Shown: one piece after another, positions 1-10,502 of the stretch
Numbering within the stretch: position 1 is the first letter of the stretch
How the letters are laid out: every line of letters begins with the position of its first letter
Assembly: GCA_937902285.1 (NCBI GenBank)
Contig: CALGTB010000077.1
Location: forward strand, 1-43,514
DNA from: an uncultured Actinomycetes bacterium
Lineage (GTDB): Bacteria; Actinomycetota; Actinomycetes; S36-B12
DNA: 43,514 bases
Direction: 5' to 3'
Position numbers and translations under genes: made by a program
The notes under the pieces: model-generated
Told to the model about the DNA's origin: nothing
The model's input: only the letters and a program-made list of their open reading frames with translations
Database searches by the model: none

Positions 1-84
1 GAGCCGTACGGCGTCTGGGGAGGGATGTCGGAGGACGACCGCGAGGCCGCCTACCGGCGCAGCCGGTTCGCCACGGCATCCTGA
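1..84 (+). CDS. 3' end of a WhiB-family (WhiB3/WhiD-like) transcription factor gene, cut by the window edge
   Basis: Frame 1 reads EPYGVWGGMSEDDREAAYRRSRFATAS-stop. A GVWGG turn followed by a basic tail is the WhiB-like C-terminus. A whiB gene convergent with groEL1 is the conserved actinobacterial arrangement. Confidence 0.6.
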   Translation, partial: EPYGVWGGMSEDDREAAYRRSRFATAS

Positions 85-133
85 CGCGCGGCCCACGGAC
101 CGCCACCGCAGCCTGAGGCACGAGCACCAACGA

Positions 134-170
134 CGAAGGGCCCGGGAGACAATGTCTCCCGGGCCCTTCG
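134..170. terminator. Perfect 17-bp stem / 3-nt loop hairpin between the convergent whiB-like and groEL genes; likely a bidirectional intrinsic terminator
   Basis: cgaagggcccgggagac-aat-gtctcccgggcccttcg read directly. It lies 10 nt downstream of the groEL stop and 50 nt downstream of the whiB-like stop. Confidence 0.7.
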
Positions 171-179
171 TGGCAGTGA

Positions 180-1814
<1,635 letters not shown>

Positions 1815-1861
1815 TCAGGGTCTCCCAAAGGGGTGGGGTTCAGGGGCTGGCGAGATAACGG

Positions 1862-1914
1862 GTCTGGCCCGTCGCGATGCAGAACGTGAGTTCGGCGACA
1901 GCGACGGGCCAGAC
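1862..1914 (-). promoter_or_regulatory. Intercistronic groES-groEL stem-loop (14-bp perfect stem, 25-nt loop); candidate partial terminator, processing or stability element
   Basis: gtctggcccgtcgc (1862-1875) is the exact reverse complement of gcgacgggccagac (1901-1914), inside the 112-nt groES-groEL spacer. Confidence 0.5.
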
Positions 1915-1923
1915 GCGACTGGC

Positions 1924-2223
1924 TTACTTCTCGACGATGGCGAGGACGTCGCGAGCGGACAGGAGCAGGTACTCCTGGCCGTCGTACTTGACCTCGGTGC
2001 CGCCGTACTTGCTGTAGATGACCACGTCGCCGACCTTGATGTCGAGGGGGATGCGCTTGTCGCCATCCTCGTCGAAACGGCCGGGGCCGACGGCCAGGAC
2101 CTTGCCCTCCTGGGGCTTCTCCTTGGCGGTGTCAGGGATAACGAGGCCGGAAGCAGTGGTCTGCTCGGCGTCGAGAGTCTGGACCAGAATGCGGTCCTCG
2201 AGCGGCTTGATGGAGACCGACAC
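1924..2223 (-). CDS. groES: Co-chaperonin GroES
   Basis: 99-aa [18 protein letters not shown]...[10 protein letters not shown]...; GTG start with GGAGGA 8 nt upstream. Confidence 0.97.
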   Translation of the reverse strand: MSVSIKPLEDRILVQTLDAEQTTASGLVIPDTAKEKPQEGKVLAVGPGRFDEDGDKRIPLDIKVGDVVIYSKYGGTEVKYDGQEYLLLSARDVLAIVEK

Positions 2224-2280
2224 GGTTACATCCTCCGGTGCTGTCGATGGGCCGCCCCGGACGGGCGGCGATCGGTTGAT

Positions 2281-2307
2281 CTGGCAGTCCCCGGTGGGGA
2301 GTGCCAG
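2281..2307 (-). promoter_or_regulatory. CIRCE-like HrcA operator (promoter-proximal copy, degenerate)
   Basis: Minus strand reads CTGGCACTC-N9-GACTGCCAG versus the consensus TTAGCACTC-N9-GAGTGCTAA (13/18). It lies just downstream of the putative -10. Confidence 0.6.
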
Positions 2308-2312
2308 ACATG

Positions 2313-2341
2313 ACAGTACGCACGGATTAGCACTCCGTCAA
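2313..2341 (-). promoter_or_regulatory. Putative groES-groEL promoter (-35 TTGACG, 17-nt spacer, -10 TACTGT)
   Basis: Read on the minus strand. The -35 sits inside the spacer of the upstream CIRCE; the -10 sits between the two CIRCE copies. Confidence 0.5.
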
Positions 2342-2353
2342 GTCGAGTGCCAG
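2327..2353 (-). promoter_or_regulatory. CIRCE HrcA operator (upstream copy)
   Basis: Minus strand reads CTGGCACTC-GACTTGACG-GAGTGCTAA, a 16/18 match to TTAGCACTC-N9-GAGTGCTAA. Confidence 0.8.
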
Positions 2354-2401
2354 CGTCACGGTGCCGACACATGCCAGGTCGGGGTGCCCGACAATGGGCG
2401 C

Positions 2402-3652
2402 GTGCCCACCCCTGCCGACGACGCGCGCACGTCGGTGGCCCGCTGGCTGGCCGACCCCGGCTCCGCCGAGATCAGGGCCGCGGCAGGCGCCGCGCTGGCG
2501 GCCGCACCTCGCGACCCGCTGGCGGCCGCGGCGGCGCTGCGGCGCGACCGCCCCGGCCTGCCGGCGGAGTTGGCCTCGGCGGCCCTCGAGCAGGCGGATC
2601 TGCACGCCCTGGCCCGCGAGCGCTACGGCCTCGACGCCTCGGCGCTCCTGCTGTCGCGCGACGGCCTCGAGCAGGCGACGCGGCCAGCGCTCGCCCGCCA
2701 TCGGGCGGACCTGATCCGCGCGTCCGGCGCCACGCAGGTCGTCGACCTCACCGGCGGCCTCGGGTTCGACACCGCTGCACTCCTCTCCGCCGGACTGGAC
2801 GTCACCGTGGTCGAGCGAGACCCGGCGACGGCCGTCCTGCTCGCCCACAACTGCCCCGGGGCCTGCGTCATCACCGGTGATGCGACCGATCCGCTGGTGC
2901 TCGACGAGCTGCTGCGCGACCTCGCGCCCGCCGACGTGCTCTTCGCCGACCCGGCCCGCCGCGACCCGGACGCCGCCCGCGGCCACGACCTGCGCGCCCG
3001 CCCCGAGCGCGACCCCGCGCGCTGGTCGCCGCCCTGGCCGGTGATCGAGGCGCTTCCGCATCCGCGGGTGGCCGCCAAGGTGGCGCCGTCGTTCCAGCCG
3101 CCGGGGGGATGGCATGCCGAGTGGGCGAGCGTCCAGCGATCGCTGGTCGAGTGCGCCGTGTTCTCGTGGCCCGTCTTCGCCCCGGCACGACGGGCGGTCG
3201 TGTGGTCGGACGGGTCCCCCACCATCATCGACGCCGACGACGGGCCGACCCCCGCGACCGCCAGCGAGCTGGGACGGTGGCTGCTCGAGCCCGACCCGGC
3301 CGTCGCGCGTGCAGGCGCCCTGCCCGCCGTCGTGCGCGCCTGGCCCGGACTCGCGCCCGTCGATGCCCGGAGCAGCTGGCTCACCGGCGGGACGCCCGCC
3401 ATCGGCGCGCCCCTGCGCGGCTATGCGGTGATAGCGACGCTGGACGGGAGCGCCACGGCACAGCGGCGGCAGCTCGACCGGCTCGGCGTGTCGGGGCTCA
3501 CCGTCAAGAGCCGCGACGTCCCGACAGCACCGCGGACCATCCTGCGCGAGCTCGGGCGCCCCGAAGGCGCCGACCACGTGCTCGTGGTGACCCGCCACGC
3601 GGGCCGCACCGTCAGGGTCCTGTGCGAGCCCACTGCCTCGCGAGCTGGGTGA
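2402..3652 (+). CDS. Class I SAM-dependent methyltransferase with a THUMP-like C-terminal domain (substrate unknown)
   Basis: In-frame part of track ORF 2018-3652. VVDLTGGLGFDTAALL is SAM-binding motif I, and the overall pattern fits actinobacterial THUMP-like methyltransferases. Start uncertain: GTG 2402 lies 6 nt after a -10-like GACAAT (leaderless geometry); GTG 2384 and GTG 2435 are alternatives. The track ORF upstream of about 2380 is read-through over groES. Confidence 0.75.
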   Translation: MPTPADDARTSVARWLADPGSAEIRAAAGAALAAAPRDPLAAAAALRRDRPGLPAELASAALEQADLHALARERYGLDASALLLSRDGLEQATRPALARHRADLIRASGATQVVDLTGGLGFDTAALLSAGLDVTVVERDPATAVLLAHNCPGACVITGDATDPLVLDELLRDLAPADVLFADPARRDPDAARGHDLRARPERDPARWSPPWPVIEALPHPRVAAKVAPSFQPPGGWHAEWASVQRSLVECAVFSWPVFAPARRAVVWSDGSPTIIDADDGPTPATASELGRWLLEPDPAVARAGALPAVVRAWPGLAPVDARSSWLTGGTPAIGAPLRGYAVIATLDGSATAQRRQLDRLGVSGLTVKSRDVPTAPRTILRELGRPEGADHVLVVTRHAGRTVRVLCEPTASRAG

Positions 3653-4541
3653 TCATGCGGTCGTCCGTGCCGCAGCAGCCTCCGACCGCCGTCGCGCCGG
3701 CGGCCCGCCACTGCTCCACCACGGCCGACGGGAAGGCCGAGTCCCCGTCCGACGTGCCCGTCCACTCCCCTGTGCCCGCGTCCCACTGGCCGCCGGCGTT
3801 GGGATAGACGATCACGGGCAATGCGACCGTCGCGCGGATGCGCGTCACCAGCTCGTTGACATGCCGGGGGTCCGTGCAGTTGACGCCGACCGCCACGATG
3901 CTCGGCGCGCTGGCGGCCACGAGGACGGCCTCCTCGATCGACTGCCCGGCGCACACCCGGCCCCCATCGGCGGCGGAGAACGTCATCCACGCGGGGACGT
4001 CCGGGAAGTCCCCGAGCACGTCGACCAGGGCCTGCGCCTCGACGACGTCCGGGATCGTCTCGACGGCGAGCAGGTCGGGTGCCCCGGAGGCCAGGACCTC
4101 GAGCCGCTCGCGATGGAAGTCGGCGAGCTGCTGGTGGGTGAGGCCGTAGCCGCCTCGGTACTCCGACCCGTCGTGCAGGATCGCGCCGTAGGGGCCGACG
4201 CTGGCCGCCACGCGAGCATCCCCGGTCGCGCACGCGGCGCGGGCCGCGTCGATGCTCGCCAGGAGGGCCGCGTCGGCATCCGTTCCGCTCATGCCCGCGG
4301 CGACGAAGCCGCGGCGAGACACCTGGTAGCTGGCGGAGATCACGACGTCCGCTCCGGCGGCCACGAAGTCGGCGTGCGCGCGCGTGACGGCCTGCGGGTC
4401 ATCGAGCAGGACGCGTCCGGTCCACAGCAGTCCGGAGACGTCCTGTCCGTGCTTCTCGAGCTGCGTCGACAGGCCGCCGTCAACGACCACCGGCCCGACG
4501 CCGAAGAGACGCTCCCACTCCGAGCCCACGCCGGGGCTCAT
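3612..4541 (-). CDS. mmuM: Homocysteine S-methyltransferase
   Basis: 309-aa ORF with a Hcy-binding domain pattern and the zinc ligands GVNCT and GGCCGT. Confidence 0.85.
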   Translation of the reverse strand: MSPGVGSEWERLFGVGPVVVDGGLSTQLEKHGQDVSGLLWTGRVLLDDPQAVTRAHADFVAAGADVVISASYQVSRRGFVAAGMSGTDADAALLASIDAARAACATGDARVAASVGPYGAILHDGSEYRGGYGLTHQQLADFHRERLEVLASGAPDLLAVETIPDVVEAQALVDVLGDFPDVPAWMTFSAADGGRVCAGQSIEEAVLVAASAPSIVAVGVNCTDPRHVNELVTRIRATVALPVIVYPNAGGQWDAGTGEWTGTSDGDSAFPSAVVEQWRAAGATAVGGCCGTDDRMITQLARQWARTGP

Positions 4542-4554
4542 GCCCGTATCCGCA

Positions 4555-5385
4555 TCAGGACGCGGCCGCGACGGGACGAGGCAGGTAGGCCGCGAGGTCG
4601 GCGGGCTGCAGTCCGGCCGAGCGGGCCGCCCGGAGCGCCGCCCTCAGGTCCTTCGCCAGGTGGGGGGTGAAGTGCAGGAGCACGATGTCGCCCGGCCGCA
4701 GGCGGCCGCCGGCGCGCGACAGGCGACCGTCCTCGATCACCGCGTTCCACATCACCAGGTCGCTGATCCCGCAGCGGTCCGCGGTGACCTGCACCTCCAT
4801 GCGCGACGGCCCGAGGCCGTAGGGAGGGCGCATGAGCCACGGCACGGAGCCGAAGGACCGCCCGAGCATGCGCTGCGAGTAGCAGATCTCATGCTCGAGG
4901 TCGGTGCTCGAGCGCGCCATGCTGGCGTGGGTGGCCGAGTGGTTCTGGATGCTCCCCCAGGCGGTGATCCGCTCGAAGTAGCGCGCCGAGTCCTTGATGG
5001 TCCACGTGGTGAGGAAGGCGGTCACCGGCAGCCGGCGCGCCTCGACGAGGGCCAGTCCGCGTCGGTCCTTGGTGACGCCGTCGTCGATGGTGATGAACAC
5101 CACCGGGTCGTCCGTGCGAATCCGGAAGGTCTCCGGCAGCGGCGGCATCGAGCTGCGGACCAGCGGGCGCGACACGCCCCAGGGCGCCCCAACCACCGGG
5201 CCCGCGTTCACCGGGCCTGCGTCCGGCGTCGACGGCGAGCCGCTGGCCGGCACCGACGGGCGCGCGTCCTCGGCCGAAGTCGCGCGCGCTCCCGTGGACC
5301 CGAAGGCGAGGACCCCGGCGAGCAGGGCGAAGGCCGCCGGCACGCCGGTCGCGACGACGACGCCGCGCACGCGGAACACGCCCAT
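4555..5385 (-). CDS. Secreted polysaccharide deacetylase (NodB-homology domain)
   Basis: NodB motifs TIDDG, HSATH and RPPYG. N-terminal signal-like segment MGVFRVRGVVVATGVPAAFALLAGVLAFG. ATG 5385 is preceded by GAGGAGG; the track ORF extends further to 5466. Confidence 0.8.
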   Translation of the reverse strand: MGVFRVRGVVVATGVPAAFALLAGVLAFGSTGARATSAEDARPSVPASGSPSTPDAGPVNAGPVVGAPWGVSRPLVRSSMPPLPETFRIRTDDPVVFITIDDGVTKDRRGLALVEARRLPVTAFLTTWTIKDSARYFERITAWGSIQNHSATHASMARSSTDLEHEICYSQRMLGRSFGSVPWLMRPPYGLGPSRMEVQVTADRCGISDLVMWNAVIEDGRLSRAGGRLRPGDIVLLHFTPHLAKDLRAALRAARSAGLQPADLAAYLPRPVAAAS

Positions 5386-5488
5386 GAAGCCTCCTCGCCC
5401 AAGGGAAGCCGACCACTGGGGCCGGTGCGGCGGAAGTTGCGAGAGTGACTCTACCCCGACCGTCACGGTGACCGGAGGCCGATCGCGC

Positions 5489-6538
5489 CTACCAGGAGGT
5501 GCGGGTGACCGCCAGGTTCGACGTGGTCGCGAACTCGAGGTCCGAGGCCGGGACGCCGGCCGAGAGCAGGCGCGCGCCGAGCGCCGCGACCATCGCGCCG
5601 TTGTCCGTGCACAGGCCCGGCCGGGGTACCCGCAGCGTCACCCCGGCGGCCGCGCAGCGCTCCTCGGCCATCGCCCGCAGCCGGGAGTTGGCGGCCACGC
5701 CGCCGCCGAGCACCACGTGCCGCACGCCCAGGGCGCGGCAGGCCGACACCGTCTTGGCGGTCAGCACGTCGGCGATCGCCTCCTGGCACGAGGCAGCGAC
5801 GTCGGCGACCGGCACCGGCTCCCCCGCCGCCTCGCGGGCGCGCACCCAGCGCGCCACAGCCGTCTTCAGGCCCGAGAACGAGAAGTCGTACGGGTGCCGC
5901 TCGAGATCGCCCGACGTCGTCAGGCCCCGGGGGAAGGCGATCGCCGACGGGTCGCCGTCCACGGCCACCCGGTCGATCCAGGGGCCCCCCGGGAAGGGCA
6001 GACCGAGGAGCCGCGCGACCTTGTCGAACGCCTCGCCGGCGGCGTCATCGAGCGTCTGGCCGAGCGGGTCGATCGTTGAGGCGTCGTCCGTCACCAGGAG
6101 CAGCGACGAGTGGCCGCCCGACACCAGCAGGCCGATGACGGGGTCGGGCAGCGGGCCGTGCTGCAGCTCGTCGACGACGACGTGGCCCACGAGGTGGTTC
6201 ACGCCGTAGACCGGGACGTCGAGGGCGACGCCGAGGGCCTTGGCCGTCGCCACGCCCACGAGGAGCGCGCCCACGAGGCCCGGGCCAGCGGTGACGGCCA
6301 CGGCGTCGATGTCGCGCAGCGTCACGCCCGCGCTCGCGCACGCGCGGGCGAGCGCCGGCTCCATGGCGTCGAGGTGCGCCCGGCTGGCCACCTCGGGGAC
6401 CACGCCGCCGAACCGTGCGTGCTCCTCGACGCTCGAGGCGATCTCGTTGGCCAGCAGAGTGCTGCCCCGCACGATCCCAATGCCGGTCTCGTCGCACGAC
6501 GTCTCGATCCCCAGCACCAGGGGCGCGTCCGTGCTCAT
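5489..6538 (-). CDS. tsaD: tRNA N6-adenosine threonylcarbamoyltransferase TsaD
   Basis: [23 protein letters not shown]... and GVNHLVGH metal motif. The ATG overlaps the rimI stop (ATGA). Track ORF 5489-7690 is an over-extension. Confidence 0.95.
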   Translation of the reverse strand: MSTDAPLVLGIETSCDETGIGIVRGSTLLANEIASSVEEHARFGGVVPEVASRAHLDAMEPALARACASAGVTLRDIDAVAVTAGPGLVGALLVGVATAKALGVALDVPVYGVNHLVGHVVVDELQHGPLPDPVIGLLVSGGHSSLLLVTDDASTIDPLGQTLDDAAGEAFDKVARLLGLPFPGGPWIDRVAVDGDPSAIAFPRGLTTSGDLERHPYDFSFSGLKTAVARWVRAREAAGEPVPVADVAASCQEAIADVLTAKTVSACRALGVRHVVLGGGVAANSRLRAMAEERCAAAGVTLRVPRPGLCTDNGAMVAALGARLLSAGVPASDLEFATTSNLAVTRTSW

Positions 6539-7011
6539 GGCGCCTCCCCGTCGGCCGAGCCCAGGTCCAGCCGCATGATGTCCGCGTCGGCCCCGTCGGG
6601 GTAGTAGCGGCGGCGGGTGCTGATCCGCGAGAACCCGAAGCGCGCGTACAGGGCGATGGCCCGGTCGTTGTCGGCCCGGACCTCGAGGAGCATGTGCGTG
6701 CAGCCGGCCTGCCGCGCCTCGGCGATCAGGGCGCGGAGCATCGCCGTCGCCAGCCCCGCCCCGTGCCGCTCCGGCTGCACGGCGATCGTCTGGAGGTCGC
6801 TGTCCGGAGGCATGACGAAGATGCCCGCATACCCCGCGACGGCGTCGTCGACGGACGCGACGAGGTAGGAGCGCGTCGGCTGGGCGAGCTCCTGCCAGAA
6901 CTGCTCGGCGGACCAGGCGTCGTCGGGGAACAGCCGTCGCTCCAGCGCGGCGACCTCGGCGACGTGCCACCATCGCAGGGGGGCCACGGTCACGGGCGGT
7001 CCGGATGTCAT
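6535..7011 (-). CDS. rimI: Ribosomal-protein-alanine N-acetyltransferase RimI (GNAT)
   Basis: 158-aa GNAT ORF sitting between tsaB and tsaD, with ATGA overlaps on both sides. Confidence 0.88.
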   Translation of the reverse strand: MTSGPPVTVAPLRWWHVAEVAALERRLFPDDAWSAEQFWQELAQPTRSYLVASVDDAVAGYAGIFVMPPDSDLQTIAVQPERHGAGLATAMLRALIAEARQAGCTHMLLEVRADNDRAIALYARFGFSRISTRRRYYPDGADADIMRLDLGSADGEAP

Positions 7012-7742
7012 GGCGTCCTCGCCGGGACGGCGTCGGGTCGCCGCAGATAGAGCGGGCGCGGCAGCAGCAGCGCCCGTCCTCGGAGAGCGGCCGACGTCCC
7101 CGCACCGTCGTCTCCGTGCGCCGACAGCAGCGCCTCCACCGGCGCCGCGACCTCACCGGACCCCAGCAGTGCCTGCACGCGACGCCCGATCCACGACGCG
7201 TGCGGGTGGAGGAGGGCGCCGTCCAGGTCCTCCGCGACCTCGCCGAACTGGTCACGGTGCACGACGGCCCCCTCGCCGAGCCAGCGCCCGCTGCGGCGGG
7301 CGGGGTCGATGGCGGCGGGCAGGGTGACGAGCGGTCCGTCGGTGCGGGCGCCGTCGGACTCGTACCAGGCCCAGTAGACCTCGTGCCGGCGGGCATCGCC
7401 GGCGACGCCGAAGCCCTGCGTCGGGCCGTCGGCGCACGCCGCCGCAGCGATCGCGTCGAGCGAGCACAGCCCCACCACGGGAACCTCCCAGGCGGCGCCC
7501 AGGGCGAGGGCCGTGGCGATGCCGACGCGGAGTCCGGTGTACGGACCGGGTCCGACACCGCAGGCGATGGTGTCGATCGACGAGCGCTGCACGCCGGGTG
7601 CGGCCAGGGCCTCCTGCAGCAGCGGCGCGAGGACCTCGGCGTGCCGGCGCGCGTCGAGGTGGGACAGCTCGACCAGCGTCGTGCCGGCATCCGTGATGCT
7701 GACCGAGGTGAGCGGACTCGAGGTGTCGAGCGCGAGGATCAC
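7008..7742 (-). CDS. tsaB: t6A biosynthesis protein TsaB
   Basis: [16 protein letters not shown]...[13 protein letters not shown] motif. GTG 7742 overlaps the tsaE stop (GTGA). Confidence 0.9.
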   Translation of the reverse strand: MILALDTSSPLTSVSITDAGTTLVELSHLDARRHAEVLAPLLQEALAAPGVQRSSIDTIACGVGPGPYTGLRVGIATALALGAAWEVPVVGLCSLDAIAAAACADGPTQGFGVAGDARRHEVYWAWYESDGARTDGPLVTLPAAIDPARRSGRWLGEGAVVHRDQFGEVAEDLDGALLHPHASWIGRRVQALLGSGEVAAPVEALLSAHGDDGAGTSAALRGRALLLPRPLYLRRPDAVPARTP

Positions 7743-8227
7743 GGCGAGCCGCCGGGAATCGCGGCGACGACGCGGGACCACCGGTCGTCCGGGCAGGTGA
7801 TCTCGACGGTGCGGGCCTCGTCGGCCTCGTCCTCCGATCGGAGGATCCGGACCATGACGCGGGATGCCGACAGTCCCTCCAGGAGTCCCTCGCCCCACTC
7901 GACGACGACGACACTGCGGTCGAGGTCGGAGGCGAGGTCGAGGTCGTCCACCTCGGCACGCGAGCCGAGGCGGTAGGCGTCCACGTGCACGAGGTCGGGC
8001 CGGTCGCCGGGGTTGGGATGCACGCGGGCGATGACGAACGTCGGGCTGGTCACCCGCTCGTCGATGCCGAGCCCCCGGCCGATGCCCTGGGCGATCGTGG
8101 TCTTGCCGGCGCCGAGGTCGCCGCTCAGGATGATGACGTCGCCGCCTTCGCATGCGGAGCCGAGCCGGGCGCCGAGGACATGCATGTCCTCGGCGGTGGG
8201 GACGGCGAACGTGACGGGCATGGTCAC
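7739..8227 (-). CDS. tsaE: t6A biosynthesis ATPase TsaE
   Basis: Walker A GDLGAGKTT plus SPTF motif. Start is either GTG 8227 (GTGA overlap with the upstream stop) or ATG 8221. Confidence 0.9.
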   Translation of the reverse strand: MTMPVTFAVPTAEDMHVLGARLGSACEGGDVIILSGDLGAGKTTIAQGIGRGLGIDERVTSPTFVIARVHPNPGDRPDLVHVDAYRLGSRAEVDDLDLASDLDRSVVVVEWGEGLLEGLSASRVMVRILRSEDEADEARTVEITCPDDRWSRVVAAIPGGSP

Positions 8228-9315
8228 GCGATCCGGGCTGACGGGTCGTCCTCGACGTCGCGCCGCACGCGGTCGAGCAGCGCGATGAGCAGCGCGTTGA
8301 CCTCCTCGTGCTTCTCGATGGTGACCATGTGCCCGGCATCCTCGATGACCACGTACTCGGCGCCGGGGACCTGCCGCACGATCTCCTCGCTCTGCTCTCG
8401 CGGCGTCAGTCGGTCGGAGGACCCGACGACCACGAGGAGCTCCACCGACTGGAGGATCGGCAGGGCGCCGCGCTTGTCGTGCTCCTGCAGGGCCGGAAGG
8501 AACTCGGCCACCACGTCGATCGGGGTCGCAGAGACCATTCCGGCGACGAAGCGCCCGGCCTGGTCGGGGGTCATGGACCCGAACGAGTACAGGCGGGTCA
8601 GCAGCAGGCCCAGGTCGCTGTCGCTCCACCGGCTCCGCTCGACCAGCGACTTGCGTCGCGCCACCGCGGCGGCGATGGGAGGGGCGAGCCGCTGGAAGAC
8701 CGTGCCCAGCACGGGCGGAAGCCCGAGCAGCCCGCTCGAGATCCCGCCGGCCGTCGTCGCGATGAGCCCGACGCCGTACACCCGGTCGGCGAACAGCTCA
8801 GGGCGCTGCTCGGCCAGCGCCATGATCGTCATCCCGCCCATGGAGTGCCCGATGAGCAGGAGGGGCCCGGTGGGGGCCACCGCGTCGATGACCGATCCGA
8901 GGTCGCGGCCGAGCTGGTCGACGTGGTGCGAGTCGAAGTCGGCCCGGCCCGAGCGACCGTGGCTGCGCTGGTCGTAGAGCACGAGACGCGCCCGGCCGCG
9001 CAGGCCTTCACGCTGGTAGTGCCACGAGTCCAGGTTCAGGGCGTAGCCGTGGCAGAGCACGATGGTGATGTCGTCCGCCCCAGGGGCGTCGTCGACCTCG
9101 ACGTGCAGCGTGGCCCCGTCCTCGGCGACGACCTCGTGAACGTCGCCACGCAGGGTGCCGAACCCGTCCGTGCCCCCCGTCGGCATCGGCTGCGCAGTGC
9201 TGCGCAGCAGCGACCTCTCGGCGATCGCCCCGAGGGCGGCTCCGGCGGCCAGCGCCCCGGCGGCGAGCAGCCCGCGCCCGGCCATGCGAGCGGCGGGGGT
9301 GATGTCGGGGCTCAT
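8224..9315 (-). CDS. Alpha/beta-fold hydrolase with an N-terminal membrane anchor
   Basis: Nucleophile elbow GHSMGG, HGY oxyanion region, C-terminal DAGH. The ATG overlaps the alr stop (ATGA). Confidence 0.85.
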   Translation of the reverse strand: MSPDITPAARMAGRGLLAAGALAAGAALGAIAERSLLRSTAQPMPTGGTDGFGTLRGDVHEVVAEDGATLHVEVDDAPGADDITIVLCHGYALNLDSWHYQREGLRGRARLVLYDQRSHGRSGRADFDSHHVDQLGRDLGSVIDAVAPTGPLLLIGHSMGGMTIMALAEQRPELFADRVYGVGLIATTAGGISSGLLGLPPVLGTVFQRLAPPIAAAVARRKSLVERSRWSDSDLGLLLTRLYSFGSMTPDQAGRFVAGMVSATPIDVVAEFLPALQEHDKRGALPILQSVELLVVVGSSDRLTPREQSEEIVRQVPGAEYVVIEDAGHMVTIEKHEEVNALLIALLDRVRRDVEDDPSARIA

Positions 9316-10502
9316 GGGCTGACCTCGGGCTCGTCCGGTGCCCGTCCGGTGTACTCGCGCGGGACGCGCGCCCCGATGCGCGTGACCACCTCGTAGCCGA
9401 TCGTGTCGATGCTCGCCGCCCACTCGTCCGCGGTCAGCTCCCCGTGATGCCCGGGACCGAAGAGGATGATGTCGTCGCCGGGGGCGCATCGGTCATCCGC
9501 ACCGAGGTCGATGACGAACTGGTCCATCGCCAGCCGGCCGACGGCGGGGTACCGCCGACCGTCGATGGTCACCTCGACGCGTCCCCCCGACGTGCGCGGC
9601 ACGCCATCGGCATAGCCCAGCGGGACGAGCCCGAGCCGGGTGGGCACGGTGGTCGTCCAGGTGCTGCCGTAGGACACGCTCGTGCCGGCCTCGACCTCCT
9701 TCACGCCTGCCAGCGCGGCCCTCAGGGTCATGGCCGGCTCGAGGCCGAGGCCGCGTGTCGTGCCGAGGCTCGGCGCCGGCGTGAGCCCGTACATCGCAAT
9801 ACCGGTGCGCACCAGGTCGAACCGGAGCTCGGGATACGCCCACAGCCCGCCGCTGTTGCTGAGGTGGCGCAGGCGGGGTCGGATGCCGGCCGACGCGGCG
9901 GCAGCGAGGGCCTCGGCGAAGCGTGCGGCCTGTGCCGGGACGGTGCGGCTGCCGGGCAGGTCCGCGTCCGCGAGGTGCGACCAGATCGCCTCGACCGCGA
10001 TCGTCCCCTCGGCCGTCGCCGCGGCCAGGGCCTCGAGCAGGGCGGGCCACTCGGCGCGACCCACGCCGTTGCGCGACAGGCCCGTGTCGACCTTCACGTG
10101 CACGGAGGCTGCTCGGCCCGTCGCGCGGGCCGCCGAGACCACCTCGGTCAGCGCCCACAGGCTCGACACCGAGAGGTCGACGTCGGCGGCGACGCAGGCC
10201 TCGACGCCGGGGTCGCCGGGCGTCCACAGCCACGCCAGGATGCGGCCGCGGTCGCCGGACGCCCGGAGCGCGAGCGCCTCGCCGGGCAGGGCCACACCGA
10301 GCCATTCGCTGCCCTGCTCACGGGCGGTGCGAGCGACCGGCACGAGACCGTGGCCGTAGGCATCGGCCTTGACCACGGCCATCACCTCGGCGGAACCCGC
10401 CAGGCCGCGGATCCGGGCCAGGTTCGCCCGGATCGCATCGCGGTCGACGACGGCGCTGGCCCGGGTCGCATCGCCGTGGGCGGCGCTCACAGGGACGGTC
10501 AT
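9312..10502 (-). CDS. alr: Alanine racemase
   Basis: VVKADAYGHG PLP-lysine motif; 396 aa counted from MTVPVSAAHG. The ATG overlaps the nnr stop. Confidence 0.93.
   Translation of the reverse strand: MTVPVSAAHGDATRASAVVDRDAIRANLARIRGLAGSAEVMAVVKADAYGHGLVPVARTAREQGSEWLGVALPGEALALRASGDRGRILAWLWTPGDPGVEACVAADVDLSVSSLWALTEVVSAARATGRAASVHVKVDTGLSRNGVGRAEWPALLEALAAATAEGTIAVEAIWSHLADADLPGSRTVPAQAARFAEALAAAASAGIRPRLRHLSNSGGLWAYPELRFDLVRTGIAMYGLTPAPSLGTTRGLGLEPAMTLRAALAGVKEVEAGTSVSYGSTWTTTVPTRLGLVPLGYADGVPRTSGGRVEVTIDGRRYPAVGRLAMDQFVIDLGADDRCAPGDDIILFGPGHHGELTADEWAASIDTIGYEVVTRIGARVPREYTGRAPDEPEVSP

Noticed and set aside
5489-7690. 733-aa minus-strand ORF that looks like a tsaB-rimI-tsaD fusion; similar over-extended ORFs at 7008-8339, 7739-8629, 15253-16818, 26220-27620 and 41446-42369
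   Set aside because: These are artefacts of the longest-ORF rule. The upstream portions are out-of-frame read-through over neighbouring genes. Real starts are identified by conserved N-termini and by ATGA/GTGA junctions.
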